Assembly: GCA_027623195.1 (NCBI GenBank)
Contig: JAQBUT010000003.1
Location: forward strand, 1-64,000
Reading direction: 5' to 3'
Source: Chloroflexota bacterium
Lineage (GTDB): Bacteria; Chloroflexota; Dehalococcoidia; Lucifugimonadales; JADFKI01
DNA: 64,000 nucleotides
The notes beneath the pieces were generated by a model. It was not told the DNA's origin, ran no database searches, and was given only the letters and a program-made list of their open reading frames with translations. How positions within the stretch are numbered: the stretch's first letter is position 1; each line of letters starts with the position of its first letter. Made by a program: the position numbers and the translations under genes. Of the stretch, positions 48,332-58,443 are shown piece after piece.

Positions 48332-49330
48332 ATGGTTAGTCCAGAGTTTGATATCCGACCTTCGGTACTGGTAGGCGATACCGCCGACGTGTACCTGCAA
48401 CGCACGCTGACTATCCTTCGTAATGAGGGTATAAACCCCATCGTGACCATGGAGTTCTACCCGGAACGCCGGGGAATGTTCTGTGGCATCAAAGAAGTGC
48501 GGGCCCTGCTCGCCAAGGTCCTGCCTGAGACCGGCAGCGAAGTCTGGGCCTTGGAAGAGGGCGAGATAACCGAGGGCAAGGAGGTGGCCCTACGCATCAA
48601 GGCCCCCTACAGCGCCTTTGGCCTATACGAGACCACAATTTGCGGCATACTGGCGTCGTGCAGCGGCTGGGCAACCGCCGCCCGCGATTGTGTTGACGCT
48701 GCCCAGGGCATCCCGGTGGTTGGCATGGCAGCTCGCCATGTTCACCCCAACGTCGTTGCCATTATCGACTACTCGTCTGTTGTAGGGGGATGCGTCTCGG
48801 TGTCCACCGTGCTGGGCGCGCGACTTTCCGGCATTACACCAGCCGGTAACATGCCCCACGCTCTGCCGCTGCTGATGGGCGACACTGTGAAAGCCATCCA
48901 GTCCTTCGACCGGTACATGCCCCAGGACGTGCCTCGAGTTGCGCTGGTGGATACCTTCAAGGACGAGGCTGAGGAAGCGTTGAACGTGGCTCGGGCTTTT
49001 CGGGGGAAGCTGCGCGGCATTAGCATCAACACGCCCGAAGAGCGCGGTGGGGTTACGCCAGAACTGGTCAACGAGGTTCGAGGTAGACTGGACCAGGAGG
49101 GTTTCCGCCACGTCGGGATATTTGTAACGGGCAATTTTGGACCAGAAAAAATTCGCCATTTTGTGGAGATAGGCGCTCCGGTAAATGGCTTTGGAGTGGG
49201 TTCTACGATATCCAACTCACCCCCCAATAACTTCTCGGCGGACATACATGAGATCGGCGGCAAGCCGGTGGCCCGCAGAGGCCGTACGCCTGGCATCACC
49301 CCCAACCCACGTCTCGACCGCGTCATGTAG
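48332..49330 (+). CDS. Nicotinate phosphoribosyltransferase-like protein (short type, partly degenerate)
   Basis: TADVYL, GLYET, ARHVHP, GNMPHA, LVDTF, TPEERGGVT, FGVG. Confidence 0.8.
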   Translation: MVSPEFDIRPSVLVGDTADVYLQRTLTILRNEGINPIVTMEFYPERRGMFCGIKEVRALLAKVLPETGSEVWALEEGEITEGKEVALRIKAPYSAFGLYETTICGILASCSGWATAARDCVDAAQGIPVVGMAARHVHPNVVAIIDYSSVVGGCVSVSTVLGARLSGITPAGNMPHALPLLMGDTVKAIQSFDRYMPQDVPRVALVDTFKDEAEEALNVARAFRGKLRGISINTPEERGGVTPELVNEVRGRLDQEGFRHVGIFVTGNFGPEKIRHFVEIGAPVNGFGVGSTISNSPPNNFSADIHEIGGKPVARRGRTPGITPNPRLDRVM

Positions 49331-49427
49331 TTTTCTGGGTGTTTTGGAAAGAAAGCTAGGGGCACGGGTTTTGGCGGAGGTTCACACTTCCGTGCTGGCT
49401 TGTGAAACAAAATGTTCTGAGGCGTGT

Positions 49428-49490
49428 AGTTCAACAGGCTAACCAAGAACATTACCTTAGTGTCCGTTGTTCCTGAGCTTGTCGAAAGAT
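49428..49490. repeat. REP-like palindrome, family B copy 3
   Basis: AGTTCAACAGGCTAACCAAGAAC..CCGTTGTTCCTGAGCTTGTCGAAAG. Confidence 0.65.
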
Positions 49491-49532
49491 CACGTAATCA
49501 GATTTGGCATTCTATTTTCAAGACTCTACTGT

Positions 49533-50963
49533 TCAGTCGCCAAGGGTGAACTTCACTAGCAATTTGCTGTCTTCCTCACGACCTACCTTGGCCCATTCGG
49601 CTATGCGCCAGCCTACCACCCACGCGATGCCTTTAGGCGTCATCAGTAGCGGAACGCCGTCCCGCTGTTCTCTGGGTATCTTGCAATCCACCATGAAGTC
49701 CTGAAGCTTCTTCTGGTGTGCCATTCCTAGCGGTTGAAAACGGTCCCCAGGCCTTCGCGACCGCACCCATACTCGATCCCCTAATGCCTCTGAAGATAGC
49801 AAGGCAGCGTTGTCGGACTGTGCCACAACCTCCTGCGCGCTAGAGAACCCTACGCCTACCTTCCAGCCGGGTACGAAAGTTTCTCCAGGTATAAGAATCT
49901 GGTGACAGCCTTCAAAGGTATGCACGGGGGGCAATGCAGGCCCGCCTTTACTAAGGGATGCCTCGTGGTACCCTACAGTGAACTTTACGCCCCCAGGCAG
50001 GTCCAGCGACTTGCCCACGGGCCCCGATGCCAGTGTAACCATGTCCTCTACGTGGTTCTGCTCTACATCTTCCAGGTCGCCCTTGACTCGAAATACCGCG
50101 TTGCGTAACAAATGCCGCTGTAGGGCGGGGTGCAGTTCCTGAAATACGCCCAGGTCAATGGTCATGCCGCCGCCCTTTGCCGTGCAAACCCTGTTCCAAA
50201 CTGCGGATATCTGTTGCTGCATGTAATCCATGTCCAGCGAGGCGTTTCTGGCCAAGCGTACTAGCCCCTGTTTGATCGCCGGGTTGTAAGACTCCAGCAC
50301 AGGTAGCAGGTCCGTCCGCACGCGGTTGCGTGTTAGGTTGGAATGGTTGTTCGTCTCGTCGCGCCGAGGTGACAGGTTTAACACTTCGCAGTAGGCTTCG
50401 GTCTCCTCCCTGGAAACGTTCAGGAGGGGGCGGAGAAGGACCGCATGTTCTTCACCTACGTTCCGCTTGCTCACCGTTCGCATGCCTTGAAGGCCGGTTA
50501 GCCCGGAACCCCTAATCAGGTGCATCAGTACGGATTCCGCCTGGTCGTTGGACGTGTGGCCCAGGGCGATGGCTGCGGCCTCTTGCTGCTTGGAAACGTT
50601 AGCCAGAAATGCGTACCGCACCTCGCGTGCCGCCTCTTCTAATGAAAGGCGGTTGGCTTTTTGAAATCCAGTCACGTCCCCGCTCTCAATGGTAGATTCG
50701 ATGCCCAGTTCCAAGAAGGTTCGGGCCACAAATTCTGCATCTTGTTGAGACGCTTCCCCTCGGAGTTGGTGGTCCAGGTGTGCGCCGTGCAGAGTCAGGC
50801 GTAGCTCTTGCCGCAGGCTGTGAAGCGCGTGAAGTAGTGCCATGGAGTCTGGGCCGCCCGATACGGCCACCACCAACTTCTGGCCCGGCATTTGCGCGTC
50901 CTCTAAATCTTGGCGGACACGTCGGTGGATGAGCCGGACCTCTGGGTTATCTTGCCGGTTCAT
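49533..50963 (-). CDS. tilS: tRNA(Ile)-lysidine synthetase
   Basis: AVSGGPDS, EEAAREVRY, GHTSNDQAES, RPLL, RNRVR, RRPGDRF, KKLQD. Confidence 0.96.
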   Translation of the reverse strand: MNRQDNPEVRLIHRRVRQDLEDAQMPGQKLVVAVSGGPDSMALLHALHSLRQELRLTLHGAHLDHQLRGEASQQDAEFVARTFLELGIESTIESGDVTGFQKANRLSLEEAAREVRYAFLANVSKQQEAAAIALGHTSNDQAESVLMHLIRGSGLTGLQGMRTVSKRNVGEEHAVLLRPLLNVSREETEAYCEVLNLSPRRDETNNHSNLTRNRVRTDLLPVLESYNPAIKQGLVRLARNASLDMDYMQQQISAVWNRVCTAKGGGMTIDLGVFQELHPALQRHLLRNAVFRVKGDLEDVEQNHVEDMVTLASGPVGKSLDLPGGVKFTVGYHEASLSKGGPALPPVHTFEGCHQILIPGETFVPGWKVGVGFSSAQEVVAQSDNAALLSSEALGDRVWVRSRRPGDRFQPLGMAHQKKLQDFMVDCKIPREQRDGVPLLMTPKGIAWVVGWRIAEWAKVGREEDSKLLVKFTLGD

Positions 50964-52278
50964 TGCTCTCGCTATTGGAATCGGACTTGTTGTCTTCGTT
51001 AGGCTCTTCGACCTCTTTCAAGGTTACACGTATCGTTTCGACCTTTAAGTCGCGCATTTCCGTGACGCGAATAATTAAGTTACGGTGCTCAAATTCTTCG
51101 CCTTCTTCTGGAATGTGCCCCAGCACATCCAGGATAAAGCCCGCCACCGTGTCGAACTCGCCCTGGGGCAACCCCAGAGAAAGCTCTTCATTGGCCTCGT
51201 CGATACTCATGCCGCCTTCCAGCTGGAATGTGTTGGCGTCGATCTCCCGGTACTCCTCCTCGGGCCCCTCGCCTTCCTCGCCTACGGCGCCTACGACCTC
51301 CTCAGTGAGCCGCTTTAAAGTCACGACACCTGCCAGTCCACCGTACTCGTCCACAATCATAGCCATCTGGGTTCCTGACTTTCGCATCTCGTCAAACATC
51401 TCTGCAACCCGCTTTGTCTCGGGAACAAAAAGGGCGTCGCGGATCACATCCGTCACCGAGTCGGTGTAAGCGATGCTCCGGCTTGCCATGGCTTTCAGCA
51501 CATCCTTAGCCGAGATTATGCCTATGATATCGTCAACAGAGTCCTTATAGACTGGGAATCGCGTGTGCGAGTTTAGGTTGTAGATATCGAGAAACTCCCG
51601 CAAAGTCGCGCCCCGTTCCAGGGCCACTATCTCAGGACGGGGTGTCATAACTTCATGCACCTGCCTGTCGCCAAAGCGGAACACATTCTCCAGCATCTCA
51701 GCTTCAGACGCTTCGAATGTCCCTTCTGCCTCGCCTATGTAGATAAGGGTTCTCAGCTCGCCCTCCGTAATGGACCGCATGTGGCGGCGGGCGTCCGAGC
51801 CTCCCACCACGTTTTGTACCCGGTGGGTCATCCACTGCAGGGCGATGACCAGTGGCCAGAGAGTCAATTCGATCGTCTTTAGGGGGCGGGCATACAGAAA
51901 CGAAATTCGTTTGGAGTTGTGTACGGCGATGGTCTTAGGGATGATTTCGCCGAAAATCAGCACCACGATGGTGCCCACTACGGTAGCGACCAGCACCGCC
52001 TCCCCCTGGTCCTCAAAGAAGGAGATGGCGAGAACGGTGATAACAGCCGTGAAGGCGATGTTCACCAGGTTATTTCCCAGGAGTATGGTGGACAGTAACC
52101 TCTCTGGGTTTGAGACCATGTCTGAAACGCGCTTTGCTCCGGGAACGCCGGTGTTCACCAGGTGCATTAGAGTTACCCGCTCCAGCGAAAGATATGCCGA
52201 CTCGGAGCTGGAGAAGAAGGCAGAGAAAGCCAGCAGCACTATGATAACGACGAGATTTATCAGCTGTCCTTCGGGCAT
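50947..52278 (-). CDS. CNNM/HlyC-CorC family transporter (DUF21 + CBS pair + CorC domain)
   Basis: SAFFSSSE, LSTILLGNN, GEIIPK, VMTPR, HTRFPVY, VDEYGG, FDTVAG. Confidence 0.93.
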   Translation of the reverse strand: MPEGQLINLVVIIVLLAFSAFFSSSESAYLSLERVTLMHLVNTGVPGAKRVSDMVSNPERLLSTILLGNNLVNIAFTAVITVLAISFFEDQGEAVLVATVVGTIVVLIFGEIIPKTIAVHNSKRISFLYARPLKTIELTLWPLVIALQWMTHRVQNVVGGSDARRHMRSITEGELRTLIYIGEAEGTFEASEAEMLENVFRFGDRQVHEVMTPRPEIVALERGATLREFLDIYNLNSHTRFPVYKDSVDDIIGIISAKDVLKAMASRSIAYTDSVTDVIRDALFVPETKRVAEMFDEMRKSGTQMAMIVDEYGGLAGVVTLKRLTEEVVGAVGEEGEGPEEEYREIDANTFQLEGGMSIDEANEELSLGLPQGEFDTVAGFILDVLGHIPEEGEEFEHRNLIIRVTEMRDLKVETIRVTLKEVEEPNEDNKSDSNSESNEPAR

Positions 52279-52364
52279 TAATTTTCCTCCTGCGTCCGGC
52301 GTGTTCGCAGACGCACGTATTCCGTTGTTGGGATGGCTTTGGACGAAAAATCGTTAAGAGGCGC

Positions 52365-52431
52365 GTGGTTCGACGGGTTTACCACGAACGTAGGTATAAA
52401 AGTCCGTTCGTGGTGAGCTTGTCGAAGGACG
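52365..52431. repeat. REP-like palindrome, family B copy 4
   Basis: GTGGTTCGACGGGTTTACCACGAACG..CCGTTCGTGGTGAGCTTGTCGAAGG. Confidence 0.75.
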
Positions 52432-52530
52432 GCACACTTAGCATCGGCGCTTTTTTCCCAAGGTACTGCCAGGGTTCGTGGAAGTTTAAAAAATAAATGT
52501 GGACTAGGAGGTTCGGACTTGTTGGAAGAG

Positions 52531-53073
52531 CTAGGCATGATAAAAGCCCCCCGATCTATCGGGATTATGGGGGTACGTGGTGTGGGAATTAGCGGACTCG
52601 CCTTCTTGCCTGTCGAATTCAGACCAGAGTCTGGTTACGGCGGCCCGGCTAACGGACCCGCTGAATCCCCTTCGCCGCAGGTGGCCCCCAAGTCGGGCGC
52701 TGAATTTTTGGAAATCGACATCGTACAGACGCCGGGTGAACTTTTGGCCAGCTCTATACGCAGCGTCGGTATCATCCACGTTGGCCACCGCTTGCGAGGC
52801 TAATTCTTCTTCCACGCCTTTGGCCAGCAGTTCCCGCCTTATGAGGAATGCGCTACGTGGTCTGTGGGTGTCACGGCTCTGTTTCCAGAGGAGGGCGAAT
52901 TCAGAATCGTCTATGAGGCCTTGCCGTGTGAGGTTTTCAAGAACGAGGTTAACCACATCGAGGGGGAATCGCCGAAGGAGACGTGTTTTGACCTCTGCCT
53001 CGCTTCTGGCTCTGTAGGAGAGGAAGCTATGTGCAGCGGAGGTAGCTCGTTGGAATGGTTCGCTGTCGTTCAT
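52531..53073 (-). CDS. recX: Regulatory protein RecX
   Basis: LSYRARSEAEV, LIDDSEFA, IRRELLAKGV, LRRRGF; directly downstream of recA. Confidence 0.9.
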   Translation of the reverse strand: MNDSEPFQRATSAAHSFLSYRARSEAEVKTRLLRRFPLDVVNLVLENLTRQGLIDDSEFALLWKQSRDTHRPRSAFLIRRELLAKGVEEELASQAVANVDDTDAAYRAGQKFTRRLYDVDFQKFSARLGGHLRRRGFSGSVSRAAVTRLWSEFDRQEGESANSHTTYPHNPDRSGGFYHA

Positions 53074-53179
53074 GGGGCCGCAGTAACGCCCTACTTTTGC
53101 CACGTGGTTTATTAAGAAAAGACGCTCGGAGCGACCCATTTTAGCGAGTCGCTCCAACTGCATATCATCTAACTATATC

Positions 53180-54277
53180 TTAGTTGGTTTGATCGGAAGA
53201 AGCCACTACCACCAGGTCAGATTCGTTCATTTCCATTTCATCTTCAGTGGCGTCAGGCTCTTCACGGGCTACGGGCTGAGTAGACAGCTTGGCCCGTACT
53301 AGTTTCTCGATCTGCTCTGAAATCTCTGGATTTTCTTTGAGGAACTGCTTGGAATTCTCGCGGCCCTGACCGAGGCGTATGTCACCGAAGGAGTAGAAGG
53401 CGCCGCTCTTCTTCACCACTTCTTGATCGGAGCCTATGTCCAGCATTTCGCCGAATTTGCTGATGCCCTCGCTGTACATAATGTCGAACTCGGCTACCTT
53501 GAACGGAGGCGCAACCTTGTTCTTCACCACCCGGGCACGGACGCGGTTGCCCAGGATGTCGGTGCCCTGTTTGAGGGACTCCAGCCGCCGAAGGTCGATG
53601 CGTACAGAGCTGTAGAACTTCAGAGCGCGACCGCCGGGTGTTACTTCGGGATTGCCGAAGACGACTCCTATCTTTTCACGCAACTGATTAATAAATATCA
53701 CGCATGTGTTGGAACGGCTGATGGCCGATGTTAGCTTTCTGAGGGCTTGGGACATGATTCGCGCCTGCAGGCCCATGTGGGTGTCGCCCATGTCGCCTTC
53801 AAGTTCGGCCTTGGGCACCATAGCCGCAACGCTGTCTATGACTACGATGTCGACGGCCCCGCTACGCACCAGGTATTCGCAGATCTCCAAGGCCTGTTCC
53901 GCAGTGTCCGGTTGGGATATCAGAAGCTCCTTCGTGTCTACGCCGCACTTCGCCGCATATCCTGGGTCCAGTGCATGCTCGGCGTCGATGTAGGCCGCGG
54001 TGCCGCCGTTTCGTTGGGCTGAGGACATCACGTGATACGCCAGCGTCGTTTTGCCTGAAGATTCTGCGCCGAACACCTCTATGACACGCCCTCGGGGTAA
54101 TCCGCCCACGCCTAGTGCGACGTCCAGGGCGATGGAGCCGGTGGATAGGGATTCCACCTGGGTATTCTTTATGGCTTCGCCCAGTTTCATGACCGCGCCA
54201 CTACCGAAGTGGCGGTCAATCTGTCCTATGGCTAGCTCCAGTGCCTTGGCTTTGTCGTTTTTCATGTCATTCTTCAC
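53180..54277 (-). CDS. recA: Recombinase RecA
   Basis: [53 protein letters not shown]. Confidence 0.99.
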   Translation of the reverse strand: MKNDMKNDKAKALELAIGQIDRHFGSGAVMKLGEAIKNTQVESLSTGSIALDVALGVGGLPRGRVIEVFGAESSGKTTLAYHVMSSAQRNGGTAAYIDAEHALDPGYAAKCGVDTKELLISQPDTAEQALEICEYLVRSGAVDIVVIDSVAAMVPKAELEGDMGDTHMGLQARIMSQALRKLTSAISRSNTCVIFINQLREKIGVVFGNPEVTPGGRALKFYSSVRIDLRRLESLKQGTDILGNRVRARVVKNKVAPPFKVAEFDIMYSEGISKFGEMLDIGSDQEVVKKSGAFYSFGDIRLGQGRENSKQFLKENPEISEQIEKLVRAKLSTQPVAREEPDATEDEMEMNESDLVVVASSDQTN

Positions 54278-54326
54278 GGCATATCTCCTGGCTTGATTAT
54301 CTGTAATGTCTGGTCTGTTTGAGGGA

Positions 54327-54367
54327 ATATTATCAGTGGAAAAGGCATTTGTAAATACATTTGTTCT
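54327..54367 (-). promoter_or_regulatory. recA promoter with an overlapping LexA-box-like site
   Basis: Minus strand TTTACA-N17-TAATAT with a TG extension; AGAAC-AAAT-GTATT (54354-54367) resembles GAAC-N4-GTTC. Confidence 0.55.
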
Positions 54368-54467
54368 AAAAAATTGACTGATTACGAAATGGTCTTATTT
54401 TATGATTAATTTCTTCGAAATATGACCATTCCATTAGGAGGTAGACCGCTTTACGGGCTGAGACAAC

Positions 54468-55016
54468 TTGGAAAAATTGGTGTTACTTATTAATATGATG
54501 AAATTCTCTGCTTTTCAGCGAGAAGGACTCATCCGGGCAATGAAAGTTATGGTGGTCCTCGCGGTTCCAGCGCTCCTGGCGGCCTGTTCGATTATACAGC
54601 AAGACGTCTTTCTTGAATCACCGGAGGGTTCCGAGGAGCCTTCCCAAAAGTTATTTTCAGTTCAGTTACCTTCTGGTTGGGAGGCAACATATCCTCAGGC
54701 TGGCGGAGACTCTTGGAGCGGTTCGCTTTCTGGAGATGGCATAACCCTCAATTTCCTGGGGGGGCCGTACGCTACCAGTGAGATTTACAGGACTTTGAAG
54801 GGTGGTGGAGATCAGCAGATGGAATTGAGGCACGTTAATTTTGGCGAGGAGATTAACGGCCAGCAGGGTACTCTGGTGCGCCCGCGGACTGGGCAGGACG
54901 GACTCACCGGCTTGGTGCTGGATTTGCCCACCCGGAGGCTCGTGTTTACGGCGGAGGGCCTCTCTGAAGATGAACAGAAGGTAGCCTTCAAGGTGTTTCG
55001 CAGTATTTCGCCATAG
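54468..55016 (+). CDS. Hypothetical lipoprotein
   Basis: Lipobox LAAC; FSVQLPSGW motif typical of PsbP/DcrB-like folds; true start probably further downstream. Confidence 0.6.
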   Translation: MEKLVLLINMMKFSAFQREGLIRAMKVMVVLAVPALLAACSIIQQDVFLESPEGSEEPSQKLFSVQLPSGWEATYPQAGGDSWSGSLSGDGITLNFLGGPYATSEIYRTLKGGGDQQMELRHVNFGEEINGQQGTLVRPRTGQDGLTGLVLDLPTRRLVFTAEGLSEDEQKVAFKVFRSISP

Positions 55017-55196
55017 GTAGGTTATTTTCGGTATGGCGTGAGGTCTCCGGCGGGGCATCGTACCGCCGAATCGGCAGTCTGCACCGACTGTTATTAGTCT
55101 TCAACTCTTACTAACTTCGGTCTGTCATAACCCCCTGTGTTACCATATCGCTCCAATTTTATTGATAACAATAAGCTATTCAAAAGGAGCGAAATA

Positions 55197-56549
55197 ATGC
55201 AGGGCGAACCTACGTCGTATCGTGTCGGGGACCCGGGTATTCGGGACCTGCTTTCGGAGGCATCGCGGCTGCAGGCGTGGTTGGATGTTGAGGTTGCCCT
55301 GGCGCAGTCCCAGGCCGAACTGGACATCATCCCTCAGTACGCCGCAGACGAGATAACGCGCAAGGCCAAGTTCGAAAACCTTGACCTGGATAATATCCAC
55401 GCCGCCCTGGCCCGCACCGGGCATCCCATCGTACCCCTGGTTTGGGAATTGGACCGCATCTGTGACGGCGACTCCGGGGGGTACATCCACTGGGGGGCGA
55501 CGACGCAGAATATCACCCAAACGGGCAGACTGCTGGTTATGAAGCGGGCTCATGCTATCTTTCTGGGGCAGTTGGCCGACCTTTTAATCGAGTTGGCTGA
55601 TCTTGCCGAACGGACCAAGGACATGGCCCTGCCCGGTAGGACCCACGGTCAGCACGCTGTCCCGGCGACCTTCGGATACAAAGTGGCCGTTTGGATCGAC
55701 GAGCTGTGTCGTCATATCGACCGACTGCGTGGATGTGAAGGCCGGGTCTTCGTGACTATGCTGGGCGGCGGCGCAGGCACTCTTGCCTCTCTGGGCGAGA
55801 TTGGCCTGGAGATTCAAGACAGGATGGCGGTGAAATTGGGTATGGCCTCTATGCCGATGCCTAGCCGCACTATCGGCGACCACATGGCGGAGTACGTCTG
55901 CCTGTTAGGCATGCTGGCTGCGACTAGTAGCAAGATAGGCCGCGAGGTCTACACGCTCATGAAGGACGAGTTCGGTGAGGTTGAAGAACCTGTGCCGGAG
56001 GGCACCGTGGGTAGCAGCACCATGCCACAGAAACGCAATCCCAAGCTTGCTCAGGACATCGTGGCAGGGGCCGCACAGGTTCGTGCTCTGGTTCCTCTGG
56101 CGTTGGAGGCCATGCAGACGGAACACGAGGCAGACCGTACGACTAGCGTGATGATGGACAAAGCAATCAACGAATCGTGCGCCCTTACGGGTGATATTTT
56201 GCAGCGACTGGTAAATCTTTTCGGGGGCCTTCGGGTCTTCCCCGAGAGGATGCGCAAAAACCTGGACCTGTCCGGTGGGCTAATAATGGCTGAGGCTGTC
56301 ATGCTGGAGTTGGGAAGGGAAATCGGCAGACAAAGCGCCCACGATGCTGTTTACGATGCTGCACAGGCTTCGTTCCTGGAGAACAGGCCCTTCACGGACA
56401 CGCTGGCCGAAGTAGGTGAGGTTTCCAGCCGGTTGTCCCCTGAGCGCATTACGGAACTGCTGGACCCAACGCGCTACACGGGCGTGTGCAGCGTGTTCGC
56501 TGAACGAGGGGCCAAGCAAGCCCGAGAGGTGGCCGGTTCACTGAAATAA
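55197..56549 (+). CDS. Adenylosuccinate-lyase/3-carboxymuconate-cycloisomerase family lyase
   Basis: HWGATTQN, GRTHGQHA, GSSTMPQKRNP fumarase-superfamily signature; AAGGAG SD. Confidence 0.9.
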   Translation: MQGEPTSYRVGDPGIRDLLSEASRLQAWLDVEVALAQSQAELDIIPQYAADEITRKAKFENLDLDNIHAALARTGHPIVPLVWELDRICDGDSGGYIHWGATTQNITQTGRLLVMKRAHAIFLGQLADLLIELADLAERTKDMALPGRTHGQHAVPATFGYKVAVWIDELCRHIDRLRGCEGRVFVTMLGGGAGTLASLGEIGLEIQDRMAVKLGMASMPMPSRTIGDHMAEYVCLLGMLAATSSKIGREVYTLMKDEFGEVEEPVPEGTVGSSTMPQKRNPKLAQDIVAGAAQVRALVPLALEAMQTEHEADRTTSVMMDKAINESCALTGDILQRLVNLFGGLRVFPERMRKNLDLSGGLIMAEAVMLELGREIGRQSAHDAVYDAAQASFLENRPFTDTLAEVGEVSSRLSPERITELLDPTRYTGVCSVFAERGAKQAREVAGSLK

Positions 56550-56566
56550 ACCTGGCCTCAGCTTAA

Positions 56567-57046
56567 TTATGATTTGAAATTAGGATTTTCGTTCAGGCAG
56601 ATGCGAATGTAAAGCTCGCCGTACTGGCTCTTGAACGATGTCAGGATTTGCACTCCTTGTAATGTGGAGATCCTGCTTCCCGACGGTTCTATTATCAGGG
56701 GCGGGCTGATGTCGCATTCGTAACCTTTAGACGACAGTTGAGTGGCGGCATTCCCGGTAATCATGTTGGCCAGTTCGCCCAGCGCGGACATGGACATGTC
56801 ATCTAGTTCCGTTACCGTCTCGCCTATCATGGCGCTGGCGACTGCCAGACCGGTCCCGCCAGCGAAACCGTAGAGGACGTTGCCCTGTAGCTGGCCACTG
56901 ACGCCTAAGATTGCCGTGAGGTCTTCGGTGGTGTACTGATGGGTAACAGCTTGTGCTCCAACGAATTCAAGAGGTGTTTGAAGCTCTTTTTCCCAGACCA
57001 TTTTGGCCGGTGCTAAGAACGCGTTTACGTATTCTTCTTTCATCAC
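56567..57046 (-). CDS. cheX: CheX-family CheY-P phosphatase
   Basis: EYVNAFL, GVSGQLQG, SALGELANMITGNA, DISPP. Confidence 0.88.
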   Translation of the reverse strand: MMKEEYVNAFLAPAKMVWEKELQTPLEFVGAQAVTHQYTTEDLTAILGVSGQLQGNVLYGFAGGTGLAVASAMIGETVTELDDMSMSALGELANMITGNAATQLSSKGYECDISPPLIIEPSGSRISTLQGVQILTSFKSQYGELYIRICLNENPNFKS

Positions 57047-57506
57047 TGCCCCTGAGAAATTTCTGATTCTTGCTCGTCTTAACGGGCCAACAGTTTGGAG
57101 TACCTGGAACCCACTGTATAGGCCGTTTCAATATCAAGAATCTCACGATGAACAAGAATAAGTAATATGGCTTTTACGGTATTGCCTGAGTATTCCTACC
57201 TAATGAAATCGCATGCTTTTTGTAGCTAATTCGCGGCACATTTGTCGTTTTTTGGAGGGATCGGTTACTAGATTCCAAGAATCTGGTATGCCTACAGCAT
57301 ATTTCTTGCGAGAAACTACTGCTTGGGGACTAGGTTGCAGGTATGTGAATGCCTTGGATCCGTGACATTGCGCCAGGTGACATATGTAGGAACATCGTGG
57401 TTGGTCAGAAGGCTAGGGGCTCTCAGATATACCGTTCCTGGACTTGAGCAGTCCTGGCCCGACTGCGAATGCGGTCATAATATGTTCCCCTAAGGCTTAC
57501 CTGGAT

Positions 57507-58100
57507 TTACCATCGCCTCTTGGATGGGAGCGACAGCCCTATTACAGAGGTGACGCGAGTCTGGTATTTGGCAAGAGCACTGGCCATGGAAGGTAGGTCA
57601 TCCGCCTCAGTAGGCCCACCATTCATCGAGGATTCTGCCAGGCCTATCCTAATGTTAAGCTTCCCCACATCACTGTCGAATGCTGCGATTATCTGGACGC
57701 CCGGAAACTTGGTTTCGTTACCAGTCCCGTCGATGGAAATACTTGGAGGAGTAATGTCACATGTGAAGCCTTGCTTTTCGAGGTTAGCAGCGGCGTTACC
57801 TGTGATCATGTTTGCGATCTCGCCCAGGGCCGATATGGAGACTTCATCATGAACCAGTAGGCGTTCGGCCATCATGGAGCTGGCGACGGCTAGGCCGGAG
57901 CCTTTCCCGAATTCGTATCGTACACTGCCTTTTAGTTGGCCGCTTACACCAACGACTGCCGTGACATCCTCTGGCACATCACTCTGGGACGCCACCCACG
58001 CTCCAGTTAGCGTCAAAGGTTGGCTTAATTCGCTTTCCCATACTAGTTTGGCAGGAGCCAGAAAGGCATTAATGTACTCTTCCTTCACTATTTCACCCAT
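57507..58100 (-). CDS. cheX: CheX-family phosphatase paralog with a C-terminal extension
   Basis: EYINAFL, GVSGQLKG, SALGEIANMITGNA, DITPP. Confidence 0.85.
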   Translation of the reverse strand: MGEIVKEEYINAFLAPAKLVWESELSQPLTLTGAWVASQSDVPEDVTAVVGVSGQLKGSVRYEFGKGSGLAVASSMMAERLLVHDEVSISALGEIANMITGNAAANLEKQGFTCDITPPSISIDGTGNETKFPGVQIIAAFDSDVGKLNIRIGLAESSMNGGPTEADDLPSMASALAKYQTRVTSVIGLSLPSKRRW

Positions 58101-58443
58101 CGTAGTTTAGTTCGTCCACTGTCCAAGTCCGTAGTCGGTAACTGGAGTTGATGTGGATATCAATTGCAGTGAATTTGAAATTGATGGATTCATTTTCTCA
58201 GACGTTATCGGATAACGGTACCTAGCCAATACGGGGGTTTTGCAAATGGATACCCATATCACATGGTGGTGTACCGTCACAAAAAATTAAGGGGCGAATT
58301 CACGGCCAATTGAATCTCGGTCCCAGAGGAGACGCGTTGTCCATTATTTAATACTTGTCCAATTTCTCCTTGAGTGTCCATGCCGACGTGTGATAAAGCT
58401 AAATTGATAGTTTCCAAACCTAACCTGGAATAACGAGAGCGTC

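Noticed and set aside
11466..52431. CRISPR array formed by the repeated palindromes
   Set aside because: Copies are dispersed kilobases apart and degenerate, with no regular spacers and no cas genes
55197..56549. Assigning the symbol purB or pcaB
   Set aside because: The superfamily signature cannot separate the two, and the gene is not in the pur cluster
58195..58235. Sigma28 promoter for cheX (TCCGATAA on the minus strand)
   Set aside because: The -35 match is poor (TATT) and there is no equivalent site before the other cheX
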